This document shows positions 9,352 to 18,812 of a stretch of 64,000 nt of DNA, in pieces. This DNA is from Pseudomonadota bacterium. GTDB lineage: Bacteria; Desulfobacterota; Anaeroferrophillalia; Anaeroferrophillales; Tharpellaceae. Every line of letters begins with the position of its first letter. Position 1 is the stretch's first letter. The position numbers and the translations under genes are program-made. The DNA is taken from assembly GCA_011049115.1 (NCBI GenBank), contig DSCM01000133.1, positions 6,849 through 70,848 of the forward strand. The letters are read 5' to 3'. The notes beneath the pieces were generated by a model. The model made no database searches. It was not told where the DNA came from and saw only the letters and a program-made list of their open reading frames with translations.

Positions 9352-10431
9352 TCAAGTTCCTTTAAGATAACTCGCGTAGGCCGCATGAATCCCTTCCTTA
9401 AGTGTAAACCGCGGCCGCCAGCCGAAACCATGCAGACGACTGGAATCCAGCAACTTGCGCGGCATGCCGTCCGGATGGGTGGCGTCAAAAACAATCCCCC
9501 CGGTATAACCGACGATTTCCCGAACAATTTCCGCCAGTTCGCGAATAGAATGCTCAACCCCACTGCCGATGTTAAGCAGTTCTCGTGCTTCATACTCGTT
9601 CATCACAAAGAGCAGGGCCGAGGCCAGATCATCAACATATAAAAATTCCCGCCGCGGCTGCCCGCTACCCCAGAGCTCGACCGCCGTCGTCTTGGCAAGC
9701 GGCGCGTTGCCGACGGCGTCCCCCTCTCGAAAAGGGAGCCTGCGCCCATGCGCCGCGGCGATGCGCCGCAGATTGGCATAGAAAGCATCGGGAATCACCC
9801 CATATCGCCTTTCATCCGCCGCCAGGGCTGCGGCATTGCCGGCCGCCGCCAACTTCGCAAGATGAAACTTACGGATCAGGGCCGGTAAAACATGGGAACT
9901 CAAAAGATCGTAATTATCGTTGGGACCATACAGATTGGTCGGCATCACGGGGACGAAATTGGTTCCGTACTGCTGGTTAAAAGAGTTGCACATCTCTATG
10001 CCGGCAATCTTGGCGACCGCATAGGCGGAATTGGTCGGTTCCAGAGGACCGTTGAGCAGATATTCCTCTCGGATCGGCTGGGCCGCCAGACGCGGATAAA
10101 TACAGGAGCTGCCCAAAAAAATCAGTTTTTTGACCTGGTTGAGCGCCGCCGCCCGCAGCACATTGGTCTGAATCATCAGATTTTCGTAGATGAAATCAGC
10201 CGACTGGGTCAGGTTGGCATAGATTCCACCCACCTTGGCCGCGGCCAGAAAAACATAATCGGGTTTTTCCCGGGCGAAAAAAGTCTCCACCGCCGGCTGC
10301 CGGGTCAGGTCGAGCTCAGTCCGGGAAGGCAGCAGAAGGTTGTCGTAGCCCTCCCGCCGCAGGCCCGCGACCAGAGCCGAGCCCACCAGACCGCGATGTC
10401 CGGCGACATAGATCTTATCGTTTTTTTGCAT
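9352..10431 (-). CDS. fcl: GDP-L-fucose synthase (GDP-4-keto-6-deoxy-D-mannose 3,5-epimerase/4-reductase)
   Basis: 359 aa; KIYVAGHRGLVGSA, YLAAAKVGGI, FLGSSCIYP, PTNLYGPNDN motifs colinear with E. coli Fcl; contains a ~45-aa Ala/Arg-rich insertion between the FHLAK and WGSG segments. Confidence 0.85.
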   Translation of the reverse strand: MQKNDKIYVAGHRGLVGSALVAGLRREGYDNLLLPSRTELDLTRQPAVETFFAREKPDYVFLAAAKVGGIYANLTQSADFIYENLMIQTNVLRAAALNQVKKLIFLGSSCIYPRLAAQPIREEYLLNGPLEPTNSAYAVAKIAGIEMCNSFNQQYGTNFVPVMPTNLYGPNDNYDLLSSHVLPALIRKFHLAKLAAAGNAAALAADERRYGVIPDAFYANLRRIAAAHGRRLPFREGDAVGNAPLAKTTAVELWGSGQPRREFLYVDDLASALLFVMNEYEARELLNIGSGVEHSIRELAEIVREIVGYTGGIVFDATHPDGMPRKLLDSSRLHGFGWRPRFTLKEGIHAAYASYLKGT

Positions 10432-10690
10432 CTTTCAATCCTCGATTTAAACTTCGCCGACAACCCTTGGCCCAGCAGGAAAGAAACCGGCTCCCCGATA
10501 AAAACCGACAGGCCTAAAACAAAGGCCAGGCAAAAGGGCCTAAACCAAGGTTATTAACCTATTGCGGCGCTGCAGACAAGTAAGAAATGATAAAAACAAC
10601 AGAACAAATCCCCACGCGAAAATTTTTCGAGCAAGAAAAAGTTCTCTGGATTTACGGCCGCTACCCTGCTATACTCAAAACTTAGGGAAC

Positions 10691-10731
10691 AAAAAAAAGG
10701 CGCCCCATCAACCAGGATGGAAACGCCTTTA
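10691..10731 (-). terminator. Putative rho-independent terminator downstream of tRNA-Phe
   Basis: On minus strand: aaaggcg ... cgccttt stem followed by T8 (plus-strand A8 at 10691-10698). Confidence 0.4.
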
Positions 10732-10742
10732 ATTTGAATTGC

Positions 10743-10818
10743 TGGTGCCGGGGGACGGAATTGAACCGCCGACACGGGGATTTTCAGTCCCCTGCTCTAC
10801 CGACTGAGCTACCCCGGC
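10743..10818 (-). tRNA. tRNA-Phe (anticodon GAA)
   Basis: Reverse complement reads GCCGGGGTAGCTCAGTCGGTAGAGCAGGGGACTGAAAATCCCCGTGTCGGCGGTTCAATTCCGTCCCCCGGCACCA: canonical cloverleaf, anticodon loop CTGAAAA, encoded CCA. Confidence 0.9.
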
Positions 10819-10880
10819 TGACCAAGCGAGCGCCTAGATAGCTCAAAGAGCCGGTCTTTGTCAAGCGTATTTTTTAATCT

Positions 10881-11252
10881 GTGGGAGATATTTTCATGGT
10901 CAGCCGTCTTGATGCGTCCCTGAACGCCGTCCACAACCATCTTCAACGTCTGCAGACCAGCACGACCAACATTGCCAATCTCAATACCGACGGCTATCAA
11001 AGCCTGCGACTGACCATCAACGAGGGTCCGACCGGGACAACGACCACGACCCTCAGTACCGAGACCACTCCCGGCCCCTTACGCCAGGAATTAAACCAGG
11101 ATGGCGGCATGGTTGAAACCCCAGGCTCCAATGTCGACCTGGCCGGAGAATATGTCAAGATCATGACCTCGACCCAAGCCGTCAAAGCCAATCTCAAGGC
11201 CGCCGCAACCGTCAGCGAGCTTCTGGGTGAGGTTATCGACACCCTGGCCTGA
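10881..11252 (+). CDS. Small flagellar basal-body rod-like protein (FlgB/FlgC-type N- and C-terminal motifs) with Thr-rich linker; orphan
   Basis: N-terminal rod signature NIANLNTDGY and C-terminal VDLAGEYVKIMTSTQAVKAN match the Flg_bb_rod / rod C-terminal motifs; central GPTGTTTTTLSTETTPGP low-complexity segment; no other flagellar genes nearby. Confidence 0.55.
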   Translation: MGDIFMVSRLDASLNAVHNHLQRLQTSTTNIANLNTDGYQSLRLTINEGPTGTTTTTLSTETTPGPLRQELNQDGGMVETPGSNVDLAGEYVKIMTSTQAVKANLKAAATVSELLGEVIDTLA

Positions 11253-11307
11253 ACCGCGAACGCACGACAAGCAGACCGCCGAAACCTTTAGTGATTATCG
11301 ATTATCC

Positions 11308-11343
11308 GCCCGCCTGGGTTTAAACCCGCCGGCTATTTTTTTT
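11308..11343 (+). terminator. Putative terminator after rod-like gene (12-bp palindrome GGGTTTAAACCC plus GCCGGC, then T8)
   Basis: gggtttaaaccc at 11316-11327 is a perfect palindrome, followed by gccggctattttttttg; the T-run also encodes the Lys-rich C-terminus of the convergent ehr small-subunit gene. Confidence 0.4.
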
Positions 11344-12109
11344 GCCGGCCCTTGATTCTGCCGACCAGTCGCAACAGACCGTCCAGAATCGTCAGTGGAT
11401 GCGGCGGACAGCCGGGAATATACAGATCAACCGGCAAGAGGAAACCGGCGCCGTCATTAACCTGCTCATGCCCCCGGTAAGGCCCCCCACCAATCGCGCA
11501 GGCCCCGACCACAATCACGATTTTCGGCTCCGGCACCGCCTCCCAGGTTTTTTTCAGGGCCAGTTCCATGTTTTTCGTAACGGGGCCGGTAATCAGAAGG
11601 CCGTCGGCATGCCGGGGAGAGGCCACGAACTGAATCCCAAAACGCCCCAAATCCCAACCGATCGTACATAACACGTTCACATCCGCTTCGCAGGCGTTAC
11701 AACCACCCGCACTGACCTGGCGCAGTTTCAGGGAGCGGCCGAAAAGCTTTTTCAGACGCCGATCCAGCTCGGTCGCCAACCGGATTTCCATCTGTTCAGC
11801 CGTGACCTGCAAATCCTCGCGCCGACGAACCGCGAGTCGGTAATCCTCGGAAAAAGAGATGGCTTCCCGAGGACAGGCCGTCATGCAATCGGTGCAGAAA
11901 AGACATTTGCCCATATCCAGGCTTTTGTTTTCGACGTCGATCGCTCCCACCGGACAAACCTCCGCACAAATCCGACAGCCGGCCTCACATTTATCCAGGG
12001 CAAACAATAGGCGTCCGCGAAAATGCGGCGGCAGCAGCGGAGGCTTCCCTTCCGGAAACTTGATGGTACGATAGCCCTGTTTGAAACGGGAGACGAATTC
12101 CTGATACAT
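11333..12109 (-). CDS. Ehr/group-4-hydrogenase-type small subunit (NuoB/HycG-like) fused to an N-terminal 2x[4Fe-4S] ferredoxin (HycF-like) domain
   Basis: Two CxxCxxCxxxCP motifs (CEAGCRICAEVCP, CLFCTDCMTACP) then GGCNACEAD, VASPRHADGLLITGPVT, VGACAIGGGPY, IPGCPPHP (NuoB N2-cluster cysteines retained). Confidence 0.8.
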   Translation of the reverse strand: MYQEFVSRFKQGYRTIKFPEGKPPLLPPHFRGRLLFALDKCEAGCRICAEVCPVGAIDVENKSLDMGKCLFCTDCMTACPREAISFSEDYRLAVRRREDLQVTAEQMEIRLATELDRRLKKLFGRSLKLRQVSAGGCNACEADVNVLCTIGWDLGRFGIQFVASPRHADGLLITGPVTKNMELALKKTWEAVPEPKIVIVVGACAIGGGPYRGHEQVNDGAGFLLPVDLYIPGCPPHPLTILDGLLRLVGRIKGRQKK

Positions 12110-12127
12110 GTTTATATCCTTAAACTT

Positions 12128-13660
12128 TTAAAGATCATGCCCACAATAGGAAAGATTGAAACTCTTGTTGCACAAGGGAAAATCGGAAATTTCCTGCCGC
12201 CGCAAAACCTGAGCCAGAGCAAACCAGTTGTGAAAAGATGGATCGACGATCTTGTAGCGGGCGAAACTGCCGCCCGCATCGGTGATGCCGACATGGCAAA
12301 TTTCACCCCGCCAGCCTTCGCAGAGGGCCACCGCCAGGGAATCGGCCTGCAGCGGAGCGGAAGTAACCCTCACCTTGCCGGAGGGCAAATGTTTCAACTG
12401 TTCCTCGATAAAAGCAAGGGACTGCTGAATTTCCAGCCACCGAACATAGGCCCGCCCCAGAACATCCCCTGAGTCATAAGTGGAAATCGGAATCTGCGCG
12501 AAACGATAAATCCCCGTGGGATGGTCGTAGCGCACATCCCGCGGCAGACCACAGGCGCGCGCCGCCGGCCCGACAATTCCCAGGGCGACGGCGGTCTCCC
12601 GGGCCAGACGACCGGTGTCCTCAAAACGGGCCATCACCGACTGATTCTCCCATAAAAGATTAATCGCCTCGCTCGATTCCTTTTTCAGAATGCGCAGCCG
12701 GCGCAGTAATTCCTCGATCCCACTCTGGTCGACATCAAACCCCACTCCGCCCGGTTGAATCAGCCCCCGCCCGAAACGATTGCCGCAAAGATAGGCGGTC
12801 AGGTTTAAAAACTCACCCCGAATGCGACCGCAATAACTTGCGGTCGGCAAAAAACCGACATCTCCCGACAAGGCGCCGAGATCGCCCACATGATTGGCCA
12901 GCCGCTCAAATTCCAGAGCAATGCCCCGCAGGGCCTGGGCGCGCACCGGTTTTTGTATATGGGCAAAACCTTCAAACACCTGACAATAAGCCAGGCTGTG
13001 ACCGATCGTGGTATCGCCGGCCAGGGTTTCCATAAAATGCAGGGTTCTGGCATTCGGTCCACCGGGCAGAGCTTCTTCCACCCCACGATGCTGATAGCCC
13101 AGCGCGATCTCCAGATGAAAAACCTCTTCCCCATGACATTGAAAACGAAAATGCCCCGGTTCAATAACGCCGGCATGAACCGGACCGACCGCCACCTCAT
13201 GAACCTGGTCCCCGGCAATCCGGTAAAAATCACCGACCGCCGGCAATATCGGTTCACCCGCCGGCCGCTCCCAGGCATCCCGGCCCGTCCAGGATGGGCG
13301 GTAACGCACCGGCTTAAACCAGGGATGAGACCGGGCTTTGAGGCCGAACTGCTCGGCAATTTCCCGCTCAAAGAGCTGAACCTGGTGACAGTTCGAAGCC
13401 AGGGAGGGAAAACTCGTTTCCGTCACCTCGCTACGGCCGACATAGAGATGATTATCCTCATCATCGGCCAGGACAACGTACAGAATCGTGTTTGCTTCCG
13501 ACGGCGAAGGCGCAGCGAACAGGGCGCTCACCCTTTGGCCCCGCTCAACCGCGGCGCTGATGGTCTGCATAAAATCATCAACCGCCAAACCAGGGATATC
13601 CTTCAGAGAAACAACCCCACCGTTGGCGATGGTCGCAAGTTTGGTCGACATGGGCATCAT
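12128..13660 (-). CDS. Ehr/group-4-hydrogenase-type large subunit (fused NuoC–NuoD / HycE-like) lacking canonical [NiFe]-ligating CxxC motifs
   Basis: 510 aa with NuoC-like N-terminus and NuoD/HycE-like body; no CxxC pair anywhere; C-terminus ends NLSYCGHDL rather than a DPCxxCxxR-type motif. Confidence 0.8.
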   Translation of the reverse strand: MMPMSTKLATIANGGVVSLKDIPGLAVDDFMQTISAAVERGQRVSALFAAPSPSEANTILYVVLADDEDNHLYVGRSEVTETSFPSLASNCHQVQLFEREIAEQFGLKARSHPWFKPVRYRPSWTGRDAWERPAGEPILPAVGDFYRIAGDQVHEVAVGPVHAGVIEPGHFRFQCHGEEVFHLEIALGYQHRGVEEALPGGPNARTLHFMETLAGDTTIGHSLAYCQVFEGFAHIQKPVRAQALRGIALEFERLANHVGDLGALSGDVGFLPTASYCGRIRGEFLNLTAYLCGNRFGRGLIQPGGVGFDVDQSGIEELLRRLRILKKESSEAINLLWENQSVMARFEDTGRLARETAVALGIVGPAARACGLPRDVRYDHPTGIYRFAQIPISTYDSGDVLGRAYVRWLEIQQSLAFIEEQLKHLPSGKVRVTSAPLQADSLAVALCEGWRGEICHVGITDAGGSFARYKIVDPSFHNWFALAQVLRRQEISDFPLCNKSFNLSYCGHDL

Positions 13661-15090
13661 CCTCGATTCTCCAGAAAGCTGACGGCGTTATTGAGCATGG
13701 ATTGCAGAAATTCCGGAATGTACAGGCCCAGCAGCAAGACGATTGCCATAAAAGCCAACACCGGCGCCGCCGTCAGGAAAACATCCCGGTAACCGGAGCC
13801 GATCACATCCGTGGGAACTCGACCCTGCACCACGCGTAAAACCGTGATCCCCATGCCGATAAAGACCAGGAACAGAAATACCAGGAAGAGCCCTCCGGCC
13901 CAGAAACGCCCGGTGCTGAAAGCGGCGTCAAGAATCGAGAATTCACTGATAAAGGGAGCGAAGGGAGGCGATCCGGTAATCGCCAGGAAACCGGCCAGAA
14001 ACAAAGCCCCAGATAACGGCAGACGCCGGAGAGCGCCGCACACCTGATCGGTATTCTTGCTCGCGTAAGCCCGGTGAATATTGCCGGCCGAAAGAAACAA
14101 GACCCCCTTGGTCATGGCATTATTGATCATATGCAGCAGGGTTCCGAACAGGGCCGGGCCGCCGATTCCCAGGCCCAGAACCAGGATCCCCATATGCTCG
14201 ACGCTGGAATAGGCCAGCATGCGTTTGAAATCACGCTGGCTGAGCATGAAAATACCGGCGACCGCCATGGAAAACAGGCCCATGAAAACCAGCAGTTTCG
14301 CCATAAATTGCTGTTCCCCCGCGGCAAGACCGATCTGATAGATCCGCAGCAAAGCGAGAAAGGCGCCGCTGGTAATCCCGCCGGCAAAGATACAACCGAC
14401 CACGCCGGAAGCTTCACCATAGGCATCGGGTTTCCAGGTGTGCATGGGAGCCAGCCCCATCTTCGTCCCATAACCAACCAGAATCAGGATGAACGCGGCT
14501 CGCAACCAGGGTTTCGCCAAGCCCGGTCCGTTCTCAAGCAGCTCGGTAAAACCCAGAGTCGCTTCCATTCCTCCCTGCAGGGAGGAATAGGCCAGGAAAA
14601 AGGTTCCCAACAGGGCCAGCGCGATACCCACGGATCCGACCAGCAGATATTTCCAGGTGGCTTCGATACTGCGCGGGGTATGATTGAAATAGATCAGGGG
14701 AGCCGTAACCAGGGTGGTGCCCTCGATCGCCACCCATAAGAGTCCGAGATGGTGAGCCCAGGCAACCAGGGTTATCAGCCCGAGAAAAGCCAGCAGACAA
14801 GCAACAAAGATGCGATTGGGCCGTTCCTGTCTGAATTTAAGATAGCCCACCGTGTAAAAAGACGAGAACAGATACAGCAGGGTTATGGTCAGCAGAATGA
14901 TCGCTCCGACCGGATCCAGCACGAGCCAGGGCGTCCGGCTTCCCCACTGAGGGAAAATAAGCACCAAAACAGTACCGGCGGTATGCGCCAAGGCCGTCAC
15001 CGGCATGAGCCAGGGACGCCAGTAATTACTGGTCACCACCATGGCCAAAGCGGCCATGGCCAGAGGTAACAGAATCAGGGCCAGGGCCAT
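13657..15090 (-). CDS. NuoN/NuoM/HyfF-like proton-pumping antiporter subunit
   Basis: Polytopic membrane protein with GTKMGLAPMHTWKPDAYGEA (NuoN/M signature around conserved Lys/Glu); start trimmed to MALALILL to give 4-nt overlap with upstream gene. Confidence 0.7.
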   Translation of the reverse strand: MALALILLPLAMAALAMVVTSNYWRPWLMPVTALAHTAGTVLVLIFPQWGSRTPWLVLDPVGAIILLTITLLYLFSSFYTVGYLKFRQERPNRIFVACLLAFLGLITLVAWAHHLGLLWVAIEGTTLVTAPLIYFNHTPRSIEATWKYLLVGSVGIALALLGTFFLAYSSLQGGMEATLGFTELLENGPGLAKPWLRAAFILILVGYGTKMGLAPMHTWKPDAYGEASGVVGCIFAGGITSGAFLALLRIYQIGLAAGEQQFMAKLLVFMGLFSMAVAGIFMLSQRDFKRMLAYSSVEHMGILVLGLGIGGPALFGTLLHMINNAMTKGVLFLSAGNIHRAYASKNTDQVCGALRRLPLSGALFLAGFLAITGSPPFAPFISEFSILDAAFSTGRFWAGGLFLVFLFLVFIGMGITVLRVVQGRVPTDVIGSGYRDVFLTAAPVLAFMAIVLLLGLYIPEFLQSMLNNAVSFLENRG

Positions 15091-15094
15091 GAAA

Positions 15095-15736
15095 TTACTC
15101 CTTAAGAGAAGAAAGATGGCGCGTATCCAAAGAGGAAAACGTGCGATTGATTTGGTTGGTAATGATTGAAACAATGAAAATACTGACAAAAAGGTCGAGC
15201 AGCATCCCCATTTCCACGACCAGTGGAATCGCCTCCATCAGCAGCAGGCTGAACATATAGATGCCGTTTTCCAGCACCAGATAACCCAGCACCTGAGTCA
15301 ATGATTTCAGCCTGGTCGTCAACAGAATAAACCCCACCAGGACGACCGTGATCGCGGTTGGAATAATAAGCGACTCAGACTGTCCCGGCACCTGCCCGCG
15401 CCCGCAGATCAGAAATACCGCCGCCGTCACCAGGGCGCCGATGATCGTCGACGGCAGCAAACCGATAATGGGTTCAACTTCCCGTTTGATCTGCACATCG
15501 CGCAGAGCTTTGATCATAATTGCGGGAATAACGATCCCCTTCAGGGAAATGGCCGCCAGTGAAGCCAGAATTGTGGCAAAGGAGAGATGCGAATGGATGA
15601 ACAGAGGTAAAAACCCCATCAGCACCCCCTGTAAAGCCACGATGCGAATCACCGAAATGATGCTCGCGTTGCCGAGGGCAAAAAGATTAAGCGCCAGAAT
15701 GAGCATGAAAATCGCATTCATTAACTGATCCATCAA
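15095..15736 (-). CDS. HyfE-like small hydrophobic subunit of complex I / hydrogenase-4 type
   Basis: 213 aa, ~6 predicted TM helices; position and size match HyfE in hyf/ehr-type operons. Confidence 0.55.
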   Translation of the reverse strand: MMDQLMNAIFMLILALNLFALGNASIISVIRIVALQGVLMGFLPLFIHSHLSFATILASLAAISLKGIVIPAIMIKALRDVQIKREVEPIIGLLPSTIIGALVTAAVFLICGRGQVPGQSESLIIPTAITVVLVGFILLTTRLKSLTQVLGYLVLENGIYMFSLLLMEAIPLVVEMGMLLDLFVSIFIVSIITNQINRTFSSLDTRHLSSLKE

Positions 15737-15737
15737 A

Positions 15738-16649
15738 TCACCTCAACAAAACCACAAAGGCCGAACCGCATAAAAGAACGGAGACGATCAATAAGGACGG
15801 CACTCTCGACATCCGCAGGCGGGCCATGATCGATTCGATAACCCCGACCGAAACCGCAAGCCCAAGCAAACCGGTGATAAAGATCAGCCAGTCCAGCCAG
15901 ATTTTTCCGGAAGCTGCCGGCAGCACGAGATTAAGAAAAACGGAACCGAGAACCATGAACTTTAACGACGAGGCATATTCAATCAGGCCCAGCAGAGGCC
16001 CACTGTGATCAAGCACCATAACTTCATGGATCATGGTCAATTCAAGATGGGTATTGGGGTCATCCACCGGAATACGGCTGTTCTCGGCCAGGAAGACAAT
16101 ATAAAAACCCAGGGCGATCATGACGATTGAAGCCGCACTGCCCCGATGAAAAAGAGAAACCTCTGGATCGTGCAGCATGCCGGCAAGAGAAAGTGAGCCG
16201 GAAAGTTTGGCCAGCACCAAAAAAGCAAAAAACATCGCGGGCTCGGTCAGGACCGCGAACGTCACCTCACGGGAAGCCCCCATACCTTCAAAGGCTGAAC
16301 CGGTATCCAGGGCGGCGGCGGTCGTAAAAAACCGGGCCAGGCCGAAAAGGTAGGCAAACAGGAGAAAATCCCCGGTAAAGGAGACCAGGGCCGGAGAACT
16401 GCCGAGCGGAATCAGGACGGCGGCGGCCAGCACCGCGATCAGCGTGATAATCGGGCCGGCCTGAAAAACCCAGGTGGTGGTTCCGCTCAGAACCAAACCC
16501 TTACGCATAAGCTTGAAAAGATCATAGTAAAACTGAAAAAAAGGAGCGCCTTTACGTCCGGCCAAAAAAGCTTTAGTTTTATTGACCACTCCCAGTAAAA
16601 TTGGCGGTAAAACCAACAAGAGAAACAGATGCACCGGCAGATTGATCAT
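15738..16649 (-). CDS. NuoH/HycD/HyfC-like membrane subunit
   Basis: 303 aa polytopic protein; position and size typical of the NuoH homolog in group-4-type clusters. Confidence 0.7.
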   Translation of the reverse strand: MINLPVHLFLLLVLPPILLGVVNKTKAFLAGRKGAPFFQFYYDLFKLMRKGLVLSGTTTWVFQAGPIITLIAVLAAAVLIPLGSSPALVSFTGDFLLFAYLFGLARFFTTAAALDTGSAFEGMGASREVTFAVLTEPAMFFAFLVLAKLSGSLSLAGMLHDPEVSLFHRGSAASIVMIALGFYIVFLAENSRIPVDDPNTHLELTMIHEVMVLDHSGPLLGLIEYASSLKFMVLGSVFLNLVLPAASGKIWLDWLIFITGLLGLAVSVGVIESIMARLRMSRVPSLLIVSVLLCGSAFVVLLR

Positions 16650-18644
16650 AAACCACCTCCCACGCCGCCGAAGATAAAGAGGCCCAAAGTCATCAACAGG
16701 ACGTAGAGAACATAGATATGCGTCCAGCCATGCTGAAGGATGTAGATCTTGGGCACAACTCGACTTGCCATTTTAAATGCCGGCAAAACCAGTCTGTCCA
16801 AGACGGTGTCCGGCATGACTTCCTGAAATTCAGTTTTTTGCGGAAAAGGTGAAAAGGTCAGCGCGGGAAAACGAATCATGGGCCATAAGACAAAACCGAA
16901 AAGTTTGCTAAGCGGCTGGGTAAACGAAGTCCCCGTGTACTGCATTTTTGCCGCAGGTTGCGAATAACCACAATCCCAGGTCGGCCCCGAGCCCACTATT
17001 TTTTTCTTCCGCGCGCGCAGATACCAGGCCCCCGCCACAAGCAAAGCGATCAAACTTATACCGTTACAAGAGGCCAGTCCTGAAGGTGAGGCCAAAAGGG
17101 CAAGCTTCTGGGCCGGATCGAGCAGGGGCATCCAGCAACGCACGGCTTTCTCAAACAAAGGCGACACCGCCATCGGCAGCAGGCCGATGAAAAAACAACC
17201 GCCCGCCAATAAAAACATAGGCGCCAGCATGCTGATTTCGGGATCATGCGCCGCCGCGGAAGCCGACGAGCGTGGAACGCCCAGGAAAATGGCGCCATAG
17301 AGTTTGACAAAGGTGACGACCGCCGCCAGAGCGCCGATCGTGGCCAGGGCCACGGCACCGGCACCCGCCAGGGCCAAACTCGCTTCCGGCGTTTTCGTCG
17401 CGAGGGTTTTAAACAAACCCAGATAAATAAACCATTCGCCGACAAAACCGTTAAGCGGCGGCAAGGCGCAGATGGCCAGTGCCCCAACCAGAAAAAGAGC
17501 CGCGCTCACCGGCATTTTTTTAGCGCCCCCCATTTGTTCGAGATCGCGAGTGTGCCCGGCATGAATAATCGCCCCGGCATTGAAAAAGAGCAGGGCCTTG
17601 AACAATCCATGATTCCAGACATGGAGCAGGGCACCACTCATTCCCAGGAGCACCAGTCCCGGGCGGGCACAGGTCCGGCCCAGCAGGGCAGCCCCACCCC
17701 CATGGTTATAATACCGACGTTTTCAATGCTGCTGTAAGCCAGCGCCCTTTTCAGATCACGTTGACTTAAAGCGAAAACAATGGCGAATAAACCACTCAGC
17801 CCCCCGGTAACCAGCAACAGGATACCCCACCAGGAAGCGCCACAGGAAAACAGACTGGAGATTCGCAGCAGGCCGTAAATACCCATTTTCAGCATTACTC
17901 CGGACATCAGGGCCGACACATGACTGGGGGCGTTGGCATGGGCTTCCGGCAGCCAAACATGCAAGGGCATGAGACCGGCCTTACAGGCGAAACCCAGAAG
18001 CACCAGAACAAAAATCAAGCCCGCGCCGAACAACGGCACCGTCGCCGGGGCCACCAGCAGGGAAAATGAACCCGTGGCCTGGTGCCAGAGAGAAAACATG
18101 GCGATCAGTAACAAGGTGCCGACATGAGTGGCGACCAGATAAATCCGCCGGCCTGCCGAACCTCGAGAAGATCATCCTCAATCGTGGCGGCAAAATAGGC
18201 CGAAACGGCCATAACCTCCCAGACCAGCAGAAAAAGAACGCCATCCCGGGCAATCACGACCAAAGCCATGCTCCCGGCCAGCAAGCCGTAGAAGATCCCC
18301 AGTTTCTTTCCATTTTCCGGATGCTCAAGCTGTTTCCAGTAGCTCAGGCTATAGACTGAACCAAGTGCGGCAATCGTGAAAATCAAGCTCAGGAAGAAAG
18401 CGCTGAGCGCAGCGACGGCCACGGTAAAGCTTCCCCAGGGCAAACACCAGGGCAAGGACAGGACCGAAACCTCGGTACCGCACCAAGACCATCCCGTACT
18501 CAGGATGCCCAACAGGCTTCCGGTCAGCAGCAGACTCACTGTCAAACGCTGCCCCGCCGTCGGTCCGAGCGGCAACAGACTCGCCGGTAAACCGCTGAAA
18601 AGCAACAACCCCAGACCCCAAAACACCAACCCAAGCCCTTCCAT
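16646..18644 (-). pseudogene. HyfB/NuoL/MrpA-like antiporter subunit paralog, split in three ORFs by two -1 frameshifts
   Basis: ORFs 18105..18644, 17638..18114 and 16646..17653 align colinearly to N-terminal, middle (GLMPLHVWLPEAHANAPSHVSALMSGVMLKMGIYGL) and C-terminal parts of the intact downstream paralog; junction 1 near 18150-18160, junction 2 in a run at 17691-17705 (plus strand gccccaccccc, i.e. minus-strand G5-T-G4 atgggggtggggctg). Confidence 0.7.
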
Positions 18645-18812
18645 CTTTTTTTAAACCTCTCAACAAAATCTACAGAATTAACCAACCCCATGCAGGCCGG
18701 CTGACATTTTTTCTTTTGCTTACCCCAGGCGTCTGATGACCGTAAACCAAACGCAGAAAACCGGACACATTCGCGTCCGGCATAAAGAAAGCACCTATCT
18801 GATTCTTCGCTC

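Noticed and set aside
10432-10742. Possible genomic-island boundary at tRNA-Phe (GDP-fucose/PMM genes to its 3' side)
   Set aside because: No integrase, no identifiable direct repeat of the tRNA 3' end, and the neighbouring genes are not obviously compositionally distinct. Insufficient evidence for an island.
10554-10775. 73-aa minus-strand ORF
   Set aside because: Its 5' part overlaps the tRNA-Phe gene and its terminator; the region is better explained as tRNA plus noncoding spacer.
12890-13792. 300-aa plus-strand ORF (and similar 12023..12472, 14074..14739, 20262..20945, 21538..22275)
   Set aside because: All overlap, antisense, well-supported minus-strand ehr/regulator genes. Long spurious ORFs are expected on the opposite strand of GC-rich coding DNA.
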